Notes under the pieces: model-generated | What the model was told of the DNA's origin: nothing | Seen by the model: the letters and a program-made list of their open reading frames with translations, nothing else | Database searches by the model: none | IMG/VR virus record: IMGVR_UViG_3300022602_000130 | Location: 1-54,440 of that record | Reading direction: 5' to 3' (one strand) | Origin: a virus | Taxonomy: Duplodnaviria; Caudoviricetes | DNA length: 54,440 bases | Position numbers and translations under genes: made by a program | Shown here: piece by piece, positions 46,213 through 54,354 of the stretch | Layout of the letters: the number at the start of each line of letters is the position of its first letter | Numbering within the stretch: the first letter of the stretch is position 1

Positions 46213-46414
46213 TTTTTAACGGCGGCACGGCTGTGCTAAAAGGTTGGAGCGAGTATAACTAAAAACCGAATGTGAGGGATGCATACCGAGATCAACGGGC
46301 TGGACAGGTGAGAGACCTGTGCAAGGTAATGGTAACTGTGATGGGCAGTTGAAAACCCGAAAACTATTGGCCAAACTAAAACCATCGTGGGGATAGCAAC
46401 CCACCCGTTAAAAA
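46213..46414 (+). ncRNA. Putative structured non-coding RNA of unknown family
   Basis: GC-richer intergenic island closed by TTTTTAACGG/CCGTTAAAAA with at least 5 internal hairpins; strand is inferred. Confidence 0.7.
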
Positions 46415-46473
46415 AACTACTTGACAAGACCACGACTATATAGTATATTAAGAAAATAACATGGAGTTGGGAA

Positions 46474-46671
46474 ATGTCAATGCTTATTATGGGCTATCGT
46501 GGAACTGTTGAGTGGAGCAAGGTTCGTGCTGCTATAAAGCGTTGCACCGAAATGACTGCTCCAGATATTGAAAAACTTGTCAAAAATGTCAAGGATGGTA
46601 AAACTGAAACTATTCCTACTGACCATACTTTGTATGAAGACCTAAAAGAACTTGGTTTGCTAATCAAGTAA
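46474..46671 (+). CDS. Small hypothetical protein
   Basis: TTGACA promoter at 46421 and GGAG. Confidence 0.65.
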   Translation: MSMLIMGYRGTVEWSKVRAAIKRCTEMTAPDIEKLVKNVKDGKTETIPTDHTLYEDLKELGLLIK

Positions 46672-46677
46672 AAAATA

Positions 46678-46715
46678 CCCACTTTTACCTAAATATTATA
46701 TTAGGTAAAGGTGGG
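46678..46715 (+). promoter_or_regulatory. RBS-occluding hairpin containing a late promoter
   Basis: CCCACTTTTACCTAA/TTAGGTAAAGGTGGG; TAAATA at 46690-46695; ATG at 46721. Confidence 0.7.
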
Positions 46716-46720
46716 ATTTA

Positions 46721-47419
46721 ATGATTTCTGGTGATTATTGGCTAAAATTACAACCCGTTGCTGATCCAGCAAGATGGTTGGAACAGGCTCAAGCCAAAGT
46801 GGATATTATTCAGAAACTATTTTCTGGTTTGTATATTCAACCAAAGACGCTACTTTTTACTCATTTTAATCCAGTTGTTTTACTATTAGAAAAAACATAT
46901 AGCTGCACTGTTATTGGTGAACAAGCATTAAAATATGCTTATCAAAGCAGCAGCACATTTGTAGACGATATTACACAAGTGCAAGCACCAGTTGATGTTA
47001 CAATAGCACTTGATGAATATTTTACCTATGCTGAAACAGAAAATGACCAGCGTGATTTGTTGGGAGATATTAAATCTGTAACTCATGGTTATCTTATTAC
47101 CAGTTTACAAGATTATAAAAATAATGCCCCACATAAACGCAATCATGTTGAAAGTGGTGTTTATGGCGATACTATCGTGGTTGAACAAAGCCAAACTGAC
47201 AAAAATAATAAGCAGAATTGGCTTAGTCATATATACTTTATAGAAAACAACCGCGATTTAACAATTGTTGGTCCAGTAAATCGTCGCACTATGTATTTTA
47301 AGCAGCTTGCCAAATACAGCAGCGATCTTAATGGCACTGATTATGTAATCCAAAAAAACTTGTTATATCGTGGTTTTTTCAAAAGAAATTACGAACATAT
47401 AATTACCGTCAAGTTTTAA
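46721..47419 (+). CDS. Hypothetical protein (possibly a degenerate methyltransferase fold)
   Basis: DVTIALDEYFTY...LITSLQDYKN. Confidence 0.6.
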   Translation: MISGDYWLKLQPVADPARWLEQAQAKVDIIQKLFSGLYIQPKTLLFTHFNPVVLLLEKTYSCTVIGEQALKYAYQSSSTFVDDITQVQAPVDVTIALDEYFTYAETENDQRDLLGDIKSVTHGYLITSLQDYKNNAPHKRNHVESGVYGDTIVVEQSQTDKNNKQNWLSHIYFIENNRDLTIVGPVNRRTMYFKQLAKYSSDLNGTDYVIQKNLLYRGFFKRNYEHIITVKF

Positions 47420-47428
47420 GGATTCGTC

Positions 47429-48616
47429 TTGGTCGATATCAATATAGAAGATGCCATCGCTGCCAGCCTGCGTGGTGCAGTAGAAAACTACTTGCAAAGT
47501 GCTGACCTTAATCAAATTATTGCTGATACACTGCAAAAGCAGATTAGTAATGTTGTATTAAATCTCACGGGTAGGGTTTATAATGATTTAATCTCTAAGC
47601 GTGATTTAAGTGATGAAGTATCACAGTTAATCAATGGTATATTACGAGACCAGTTGTTAGAAGTAGGCAGTAAAAAAGTAATAGAAATTCTACAACAACC
47701 AGAAATGAATCGCATTATTACAACAAGTGTTCAAAGCGAAGTTCATCGTGTTGCTGGCAGCTATGATTTTCCACCTAACAGTATTCCATTTAATAGCATA
47801 AAAATGGATGGTTATGAATTTAACGCAGCCTGGATCAACAACGGCATCCATAACAATTTTAATAGCACTGGTATTAGTGATACTGCATCTAAAGTGCAAC
47901 TTCAAGTAACCGATGAAGGTATTATTACTACAAACAATATATCCGCAGATAATTTGCTGATTGAAAACAGCACCTTTCTTAACAATGTAGTAATTGATGG
48001 TTCAATTACATTAAATGGAAGTATTGAGAATAGTCTTTCACTAAACCAATATGTTTCAAGCATAGCAAACGATATAAGTCTAACAAATATTGCACAAGCC
48101 AATACTAATGATATTGATATTAGTTCTCGTAGTATTGTTGTTGGCGACAAAGTAGTTTTAAGTAATGATACGCTTGGACCACAAATTATCAATAGTAATC
48201 TTCGCAAGGTTGGTAACCTTAATGAACTTACTGTCAGTGGTCAAGCTATTATTCACGAAACACTTGTTGTTACTGATAGTAAAGTTGGTATCAATACAGA
48301 AAGTGCAAGTGGTGCATTAAGCGTTTGGGATGAAGATAGTGAATTTACCTTAGTAAAACATAGCCCCAAAACTATGTATGCTGGCAGCACTCGTATAACA
48401 GATGTTATTCTTGGTAGCAATAATCAAGAACAGATTGGTTTACGCACCAGCGGAATTATAGAATTAAATGGTCCAGTTAGATTTGGTGGATTACTAATAA
48501 GCATTGTAGATGGTATCCCAGAACGAGTTGGCGAACCTGGTGAAATCGCAATATTACGCGATGGTAGTGCTATATACAGATGTCAAGGTCAAACTACGTG
48601 GGGAAAAATTCTATAA
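47429..48616 (+). CDS. Putative virion structural protein
   Basis: TTG start; F.STGI.D.A, SNLRKVGNLNELTVSG, KVGINTE, W.C.G..TW-like end. Confidence 0.65.
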   Translation: MVDINIEDAIAASLRGAVENYLQSADLNQIIADTLQKQISNVVLNLTGRVYNDLISKRDLSDEVSQLINGILRDQLLEVGSKKVIEILQQPEMNRIITTSVQSEVHRVAGSYDFPPNSIPFNSIKMDGYEFNAAWINNGIHNNFNSTGISDTASKVQLQVTDEGIITTNNISADNLLIENSTFLNNVVIDGSITLNGSIENSLSLNQYVSSIANDISLTNIAQANTNDIDISSRSIVVGDKVVLSNDTLGPQIINSNLRKVGNLNELTVSGQAIIHETLVVTDSKVGINTESASGALSVWDEDSEFTLVKHSPKTMYAGSTRITDVILGSNNQEQIGLRTSGIIELNGPVRFGGLLISIVDGIPERVGEPGEIAILRDGSAIYRCQGQTTWGKIL

Positions 48617-48723
48617 TGCGCATTTTTAAATGGATTCGCAATTTTTTTGATGATATAGTATACAAATATAAACGCCGCAAGTTGCTTAAAGAATTGCGCA
48701 AGCGCGATCCGTTTATATATTGA
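48616..48723 (+). CDS. Small peptide ending in RDPFIY, upstream of the carbamoyltransferase
   Basis: 35 aa, TAATG-coupled. Confidence 0.6.
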   Translation: MRIFKWIRNFFDDIVYKYKRRKLLKELRKRDPFIY

Positions 48724-48729
48724 GAAAAT

Positions 48730-50193
48730 ATGATATTAGGTATCAATGCTAATAATCATGATGCAAGCGTTGCTCTTGTTGATGGGTCTGATATTCTGTT
48801 TGCAGGTCACGCTGAACGGTATAGCAGAGTAAAAAACGATCCACATCTTAATGATGCGTTGATTGATGATGCACTTCAATATGGTATACCCACCCAAATT
48901 TTATGGTATGAACAACCATGGAAGCATACCGTTCGTAATCTTGTGAGTGGTCAAAGACCACTACATTACAATATAAAAAAATATTTAAAAAAATATGGGT
49001 TAGATAATATACCCGTCAAAACTACGCCACATCATGGTGCACATGCTGCAATGGGCTATTATACCAGTGGATTTAGTGATGCTGCTATCGTTGTCATTGA
49101 TGCTATCGGAGAATTAGAATGCACTTCAATTTGGCGTGGACATGCTGACAAAATAGACAAAGTTTGGAGCAGTTACTATCCAGAAAGCATTGGTCTATTT
49201 TATAGTGCTATTACTGATTATCTTGGTTTTAAACCAAATGAAGAAGAATATATTGTCATGGGTATGGCAGCATTTGGTAAGCCAAAACATGTTGATGCAT
49301 TAAAACAGGATTTCTTTACAAGTTGGAAGTCATCAGATATTGGATTTCTACATAATTTGCATCGTGGTATGAAGTGGTATATGCGTCCACGGCAAGAAGG
49401 TTGGTTAGATGAAGACCTTGCAGCGAGTGCACAAGCAATTTATGAATCTTATCTGTCTGATATAGTTGATTATGCAATTAAAATAACAGGTAGTAAAAAT
49501 ATAATTCTTGCTGGTGGATGTGCATTAAATTGTGTCGCAAATAGCAATATTAAGATATCTAATAAAATTAAAAAAATATGGATTCCACCAAATCCTGGCG
49601 ACAGTGGTTTAAGTTTAGGTGCAATCGCTTACCATACCAAGCAACTAATTCATTTAGACCATGCTTTCCTTGGACATAACATTGATCGCAAAGTGGACAT
49701 TCGTGCAGTTGTTGAAGCATTAGAATCAGGTCAAGTTGTAGGTATTGCAAATGGTCGTGCTGAGTTTGGACCACGAGCGTTAGGCAATCGTTCATTACTT
49801 GCTGATCCTCGTGGTGAGAATGTAAAAGATCGCGTAAACGCAATTAAAAAACGCGAACCATTTCGTCCGTTTGCTCCTATTATACGAAAAAGTTTCTTTA
49901 GTTTATATTTTCATAGCAGTATAAGAACTAATCAAGATTACATGCAATATGCTGATACTTGTATTAAACCTGGTGAATTTCCTGCAATATGCCACATTGA
50001 TGAAACCAGCCGTGTGCAAACAATTGATCAGCTTTCGCCAAGTATTACTGTCAAGATATTAGAAGCATGGTATTTGCGAACTCGCTGTCCAATGTTGCTT
50101 AACACAAGTCTTAATATCAAAGGTGAACCATTGGTGAATACTTGGGCAGATGCTGAACGATTTAGTCAATTACATAATGTGGCGGTATTCTAA
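48730..50193 (+). CDS. Carbamoyltransferase (NodU/CmcH family)
   Basis: LGIN..NHDASVAL, ERYSRVKND, HH.AHA, DAIGE, VMGMAAFG, GGCALN, EFGPRALGNRS, RPFAP, LNTSLN. Confidence 0.93.
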   Translation: MILGINANNHDASVALVDGSDILFAGHAERYSRVKNDPHLNDALIDDALQYGIPTQILWYEQPWKHTVRNLVSGQRPLHYNIKKYLKKYGLDNIPVKTTPHHGAHAAMGYYTSGFSDAAIVVIDAIGELECTSIWRGHADKIDKVWSSYYPESIGLFYSAITDYLGFKPNEEEYIVMGMAAFGKPKHVDALKQDFFTSWKSSDIGFLHNLHRGMKWYMRPRQEGWLDEDLAASAQAIYESYLSDIVDYAIKITGSKNIILAGGCALNCVANSNIKISNKIKKIWIPPNPGDSGLSLGAIAYHTKQLIHLDHAFLGHNIDRKVDIRAVVEALESGQVVGIANGRAEFGPRALGNRSLLADPRGENVKDRVNAIKKREPFRPFAPIIRKSFFSLYFHSSIRTNQDYMQYADTCIKPGEFPAICHIDETSRVQTIDQLSPSITVKILEAWYLRTRCPMLLNTSLNIKGEPLVNTWADAERFSQLHNVAVF

Positions 50194-50786
50194 TGCGTGT
50201 AGCAATTATAGGCGATAGTTTTACACATACCTTCAAAGATACATGGATAGAAAAAGTTTGCACAGAACTTAATCTTGAAGTTATCCATACTTCAGGATTT
50301 CGTGGGCAAGCACAGTATAGAATATATCTTGAATTTTTAGAAATTATAAAAAACAATCCAGATGTTATTATTTGTTGTCATACCGAATATACAAGATTTT
50401 ATAATAAAGATGGCAGCCGAGAATGGTTACTTGAAGATGAAAGTTTTGGCAAATACATTTTCAAGTCTATCTTGCGAGATATGCAAGAAATATGCAAAAA
50501 TCGTAATATTAAACTGGTAAACATACCATGCTTTGGACATGAATTTATAGATAAAACTTATGGTTTATGGTTTTTATGTGATGGCGGTTTAGTAAATTGC
50601 AGCAGAGCAGATTATAATAGAGTTTATGGCGAAGATTGGACCGCTTTTCAAGACCCAAGATTGAACCATTTTAGCACAAATGGACACCAGATTTTGGCAA
50701 ATAATATAATTCCACATATTAAAACCTATATTACAACTGACCAAGAATTTCATATTTCCCTACTTTACCCTAAAATATTTGCTTGA
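50193..50786 (+). CDS. SGNH-like hydrolase-fold protein
   Basis: IIGDSFT...RLNHFS..GH..LA. Confidence 0.55.
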   Translation: MRVAIIGDSFTHTFKDTWIEKVCTELNLEVIHTSGFRGQAQYRIYLEFLEIIKNNPDVIICCHTEYTRFYNKDGSREWLLEDESFGKYIFKSILRDMQEICKNRNIKLVNIPCFGHEFIDKTYGLWFLCDGGLVNCSRADYNRVYGEDWTAFQDPRLNHFSTNGHQILANNIIPHIKTYITTDQEFHISLLYPKIFA

Positions 50787-50810
50787 CAAGCGCAAAATAT
50801 ATGTTATATT
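50783..50810 (+). promoter_or_regulatory. Sigma70-type early promoter of uvsE (leaderless)
   Basis: TTGACA-N16-TATATT with TGn extension, N6, ATG(50817). Confidence 0.7.
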
Positions 50811-50816
50811 ATAGGT

Positions 50817-51839
50817 ATGACCCAAAAACGTATCGGCTTTTGCTGTAAATGGATAGATACCGTGGATCAACTTGATGGCTTTAAGCCTAAAGATGATGCA
50901 CTAAAGTATAATAACAAGACCACTACGGTGGCTTGGCTCAATCGCCAGACAAAGGCAGTTGCCGAGCAACGACTGTGGGATATTATGGAGCATAATACTG
51001 ATGCAACATTACGATTGGTTGAGCGTGTTGGCTCACTTGGGCCAGAACTACGCATGGTTCGCCTTAGTAGTGATATTTTGCCTGTTTATACTGAGCAAAC
51101 TTGGGGTTATTTTTATAATTTACCAGATGTACGAAAAGCCATTGCCGCCAGATGCAATACCATTGGTGAGGCCGTTCGTCGCCATGATGTTCGGGCTAGT
51201 TTTCATCCTGGCCAATTTTGCGTCCTTGCTAGTGACCGAGAGAGTGTTGTGGCAAACTCAATTGCTGAATTTGAATATCATGCTGACTTGGCTAGGTGGA
51301 TGGGTTTTGGTTCTAGTTGGCACGATTTTGGTTTCAAGATTAACGTGCATATTAGTGGCAAGGGCGGTGCAGAGGCGTTTAGAAAAACCATTGCCAGACT
51401 TTCACCAGAAGCCAGAAACCTTATCACAGTAGAAAACGAGGAATACGCATATGGTATTGACGATACTTTGTCTCTCAACGATGTCTGCCCTACTGTTCTT
51501 GATGTTCATCATCATTGGATTAAAACTGGAGAATATTTGCAACCTGACAGCGATACGGTCAAACGTGTTATTGACAGTTGGCGTGGTGTTCGCCCAACTT
51601 TGCATTATAGTATTAGCCCTGAGTGCGTTCTTGACGGTCATGACAATAGCGTTCTTCCTACCATGACCACACTGTTAGAAAGCGGTCACAAGAAAGCAAA
51701 ACTTCGCGCTCACAGCAATTTTATGTGGAATGCTGCCGCTAATCGTTATGTAGCGGAGTTTTGGGATAACTTTGATATTCAAGTAGAAAGTAAAGCTAAG
51801 AACCTTGCAAGTCAAAAACTGTATGAGGAAATAAAATAA
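50817..51839 (+). CDS. uvsE: UV DNA damage endonuclease (UvsE/UVDE)
   Basis: RIGFCC, RLSSDILP, SFHPGQF, NVHISG, TVEN, LDVHHH, HYS, RAHS, VESKAK. Confidence 0.92.
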   Translation: MTQKRIGFCCKWIDTVDQLDGFKPKDDALKYNNKTTTVAWLNRQTKAVAEQRLWDIMEHNTDATLRLVERVGSLGPELRMVRLSSDILPVYTEQTWGYFYNLPDVRKAIAARCNTIGEAVRRHDVRASFHPGQFCVLASDRESVVANSIAEFEYHADLARWMGFGSSWHDFGFKINVHISGKGGAEAFRKTIARLSPEARNLITVENEEYAYGIDDTLSLNDVCPTVLDVHHHWIKTGEYLQPDSDTVKRVIDSWRGVRPTLHYSISPECVLDGHDNSVLPTMTTLLESGHKKAKLRAHSNFMWNAAANRYVAEFWDNFDIQVESKAKNLASQKLYEEIK

Positions 51840-51852
51840 TATATTGACTTAA

Positions 51853-51891
51853 TTGTTGCACTGCGGTATAAATAATATTGCAGTGCAACAA
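51853..51891 (+). promoter_or_regulatory. 12-bp inverted repeat of TGC-N3-GC(A/G) boxes flanking TATAAATA
   Basis: TTGTTGCACTGC-ggTATAAATAatatt-GCAGTGCAACAA, directly before AGGAG. Confidence 0.7.
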
Positions 51892-51902
51892 GGAGAAGTC
51901 AA

Positions 51903-52085
51903 ATGTTTGAAGCAGTGAATCATCTTGTCAACGGTGTTAGATCATTCTTTGAAGATTTATTTGAAAGCGAAGAAGAAAAACATCGTCGTGACATGGTGCG
52001 ATACTTAAACCAAGCTACAGACCGTTATCACCTTGAATTTTTAGAACGCGAGTGGGAAAGAACAAGCGGTAGGAGATATTGGTAA
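51903..52085 (+). CDS. DUF3563-like small protein
   Basis: YLNQATDRYHLEFLEREWER. Confidence 0.65.
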   Translation: MFEAVNHLVNGVRSFFEDLFESEEEKHRRDMVRYLNQATDRYHLEFLEREWERTSGRRYW

Positions 52086-52138
52086 TGTGGCCATATACAG
52101 ATGAAGAAGCAGATTTTTTAAGCAAGGGAGCAAAATAA
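52085..52138 (+). CDS. 17-aa micropeptide MWPYTDEEADFLSKGAK
   Basis: TAATG overlaps at both ends; AGGAG upstream. Confidence 0.5.
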   Translation: MWPYTDEEADFLSKGAK

Positions 52139-52449
52139 TGTTTAATAGTGCAGAAGATTTTATTGATACAGTACAAAAAGCAAAGAAAGATTGGGTCAAG
52201 ACTTTTGTAACACACGAAGCTGTTGCAAAGGCAATGAATGATTATATTGATACTCAAACTGATTATACAAAGGTTGCAGTAAAAGCAACTAATAGCTTTG
52301 CTACAGTGATTAGTAAAGAAGTCAATAAAGCAGTAGATGAAGTTTATAGTGGCGCAAATTTCAAGAATATGCAAGAAAAAGTCAGCAATGACATTTACAG
52401 CACTTTCTGGAAAGAAGCGTTCCGTTATTACACACCTACAACAAAATAA
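52138..52449 (+). CDS. Phasin-like helical protein
   Basis: Amphipathic helical FIDTVQKAKK.WV.TFV...AMN.YID.QT.YTK; GGAG upstream. Confidence 0.5.
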   Translation: MFNSAEDFIDTVQKAKKDWVKTFVTHEAVAKAMNDYIDTQTDYTKVAVKATNSFATVISKEVNKAVDEVYSGANFKNMQEKVSNDIYSTFWKEAFRYYTPTTK

Positions 52450-52512
52450 TTTGACATTTTAATTTTAATGTCATATTATGGTATGTAAATAGTAGTATAT
52501 TAGGAGATATCA

Positions 52513-52932
52513 ATGAGCACTATTCTCTTACTTGTAGTACTTTGCGGAGCAATCGCACTTGTATATAAGTTAATGAATCATAAAGACAATACCCCTGATC
52601 CATTAGAAGTAATGGAAAAGGAAGCAAAAGAAGCAATCGCAGCAGCAGAAAAAGCAGCTAAAGAACCACCAAAGTGTGGTTGTGGACGTAGCCCAACAGG
52701 TTATTGTGTTGGATTGCATAAATTAAGTGAAGCTGAATGGGCTATTAGTGATAAGAACCCAAATCGTGTTGAAGTTGCACCAGTTGTCGTAACGGCAGAT
52801 ACGCCAGCTACGCCAGCAGAAGCACCTGTTGAAGCTGCACCAAAGGCTAAAAAGCCACGTGCTGCCAAGCCAAAAGCGGCAGAAACAGCCGATGAAAAGC
52901 CTAAAAAGCCAAGGGCTAAAAAGGCTAAGTGA
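52513..52932 (+). CDS. Membrane-anchored CDGSH-type Fe-S protein with a Lys/Ala-rich tail
   Basis: N-terminal TM helix; CGCGRSPTGYCVGLH; KAKKPRAAKPK tail. Confidence 0.7.
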   Translation: MSTILLLVVLCGAIALVYKLMNHKDNTPDPLEVMEKEAKEAIAAAEKAAKEPPKCGCGRSPTGYCVGLHKLSEAEWAISDKNPNRVEVAPVVVTADTPATPAEAPVEAAPKAKKPRAAKPKAAETADEKPKKPRAKKAK

Positions 52933-52965
52933 TTGAAAAAACACCGCTTTTTGCGGTGTTTTTTT
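52923..52965 (+). repeat. 43-nt terminator-containing direct repeat, copy 1 (followed by TTGACA-N17-TATATT)
   Basis: GGCTAAGTGATTGAAAAAACACCGCTTTTTGCGGTGTTTTTTT. Confidence 0.95.
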
Positions 52966-53046
52966 ATTGACAATAATATAAAATAATGCTATATTCATAA
53001 AATAGAAATAAGAACCAATACTACTTGGTTCGGAAAGGAGAGCATC

Positions 53047-53211
53047 ATGTCCAAGAAACATTTTGAAGTCTTGGCTGCTGCCATTGCTACAATAGAAACC
53101 ATGGAAAACCGCTTGACGGTTGCCCAAAAGGTTGCTGAAGTATGCAAAACAGCAAACCCAAAGTTCCATTATGGAATGTTCATGAAGGCTTGCGGTATTA
53201 CCGTTGGCTAA
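53047..53211 (+). CDS. Small early protein (54 aa, not in the ORF track)
   Basis: AAGGAG upstream; MSKKHFEVLA...NPKFHYGMFMKACG. Confidence 0.75.
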   Translation: MSKKHFEVLAAAIATIETMENRLTVAQKVAEVCKTANPKFHYGMFMKACGITVG

Positions 53212-53248
53212 GTGATTGAAAAAACACCGCTTTTTGCGGTGTTTTTTT
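53206..53248 (+). repeat. 43-nt terminator-containing direct repeat, copy 2 (followed by TTGACA-N16-TATATT)
   Basis: Identical to 52923..52965. Confidence 0.95.
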
Positions 53249-53308
53249 TTGCTTGACAACCCCTTAATCTGTGTTATATTAGATTATAGTCAATTGATGG
53301 AGAGCAAT

Positions 53309-53578
53309 ATGACTGACCGTGAATTTACAATGTATGGTATGTCCAAAGCCGATATTCACAACCAGTATTTGAATAGTATTACTGCTAAGTTGGCAGGCAT
53401 GGAAATGGTTGTTATGGGTATTTTGAGTGATTGTCAAGAAATGATTGCTACGAAAAATCCAACAATTCCGCACCCAAATGTAGATGAAAGCATCCGCAAA
53501 CAGTTGAATATTGCCAAGTTTATTATTAGTGAAATGTTGGCTGAAAAACGTGAAGCAAAGTATGGGAGTTTGTCATAA
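53309..53578 (+). CDS. Small early hypothetical protein
   Basis: GGAG upstream; MYGMS...ILSDCQE...RKQLNIAKF. Confidence 0.7.
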   Translation: MTDREFTMYGMSKADIHNQYLNSITAKLAGMEMVVMGILSDCQEMIATKNPTIPHPNVDESIRKQLNIAKFIISEMLAEKREAKYGSLS

Positions 53579-53757
53579 TGAGTAGCTATGATCCATTACA
53601 CGATGATATGCTTGAAGGTCAAACAGTAGAAATTACTGTTAAGTTGATTATTCGCAAAGGTGTAGATATTCAAGAAGTCATTAGTGATATGAACTATGAC
53701 TTTGAACATGGTGATATTCTTTCAACAGAAATTATTGATGTCAACACGGAAGTGTAA
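53578..53757 (+). CDS. Small acidic hypothetical protein (59 aa, not in the ORF track)
   Basis: TAATG-coupled; ...EVISDMNYDF.H..I..TEI. Confidence 0.6.
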   Translation: MSSYDPLHDDMLEGQTVEITVKLIIRKGVDIQEVISDMNYDFEHGDILSTEIIDVNTEV

Positions 53758-53758
53758 A

Positions 53759-54103
53759 ATGGATATCACAGTTGAACACAATCTTTATGGTCGTAAAACC
53801 ACAACTGTTTATAGCGGCGAGGAAATGCCGCTTCCTAAATGGGTAGAATATCCTGCTATTGCGTTATCAACTGGTGACCGTCAATTTCCTATTCGTATCA
53901 TTGCTAAAAATGATATTATCAAGATCAATGATAATATCGTAGAGCAAAAGTTTGTTGCTGAACCTGTTGCCAAACACACTATTAAAGTTAGTGGCAGTAA
54001 AGGCAGCACATATCTTGTTACAATCAACGGCAAGTATAAATCTTGTACTTGCAGTGGTTTTCAATTTCGTCGCAACTGTCGTCATATCGTAGAGGTGCAA
54101 TAA
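53759..54103 (+). CDS. SWIM zinc-finger protein
   Basis: GSKG..Y.V...SCTCSGFQFRRNCRHI. Confidence 0.8.
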   Translation: MDITVEHNLYGRKTTTVYSGEEMPLPKWVEYPAIALSTGDRQFPIRIIAKNDIIKINDNIVEQKFVAEPVAKHTIKVSGSKGSTYLVTINGKYKSCTCSGFQFRRNCRHIVEVQ

Positions 54104-54354
54104 TGGCTGAAATTATTGATTGTCGTGATGAATTTACAATTCGTCAGCGTATTAACTTTGTCAAGCGCAGTTTGCGTGAAACGGGGCAACACAATATTGG
54201 TATTACTGTAATGCCCGATGCCAAAAGTGATGTTGGTGTATCAATCGTTATGGTTGATAATGATAGCGGCACATTTAGACCACTTGACCCAAAATTGTTT
54301 GAGAATCTTAGTAAAGTTATCAAGACTGCTAATTCAAAATCAACATACGGTTGA
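54103..54354 (+). CDS. Hypothetical protein
   Basis: TAATG-coupled; GAGG upstream. Confidence 0.6.
   Translation: MAEIIDCRDEFTIRQRINFVKRSLRETGQHNIGITVMPDAKSDVGVSIVMVDNDSGTFRPLDPKLFENLSKVIKTANSKSTYG

Noticed and set aside
46213-46414. RNase P RNA, group I/II intron or SRP RNA
   Set aside because: No GAGGAAAGUCC/ACAGAA-GGCUUA P4 signature, no P7 (R/S) or domain V motifs and no SRP GGAA/AGCAG loop visible
46216-46433. Minus-strand ORFs of 62-65 aa
   Set aside because: No RBS, atypical composition, and they overlap the structured RNA candidate
52923-53248. CRISPR array from the palindromic 43-nt repeats
   Set aside because: Only two copies, 240 nt apart, enclosing a promoter and an ORF; they are terminator hairpins and no cas genes are present
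52701-53259. Minus-strand ORFs sharing KKHRKKRCFFNHLA
   Set aside because: Translation artefact of the 43-nt repeat; plus-strand genes with SDs explain the region
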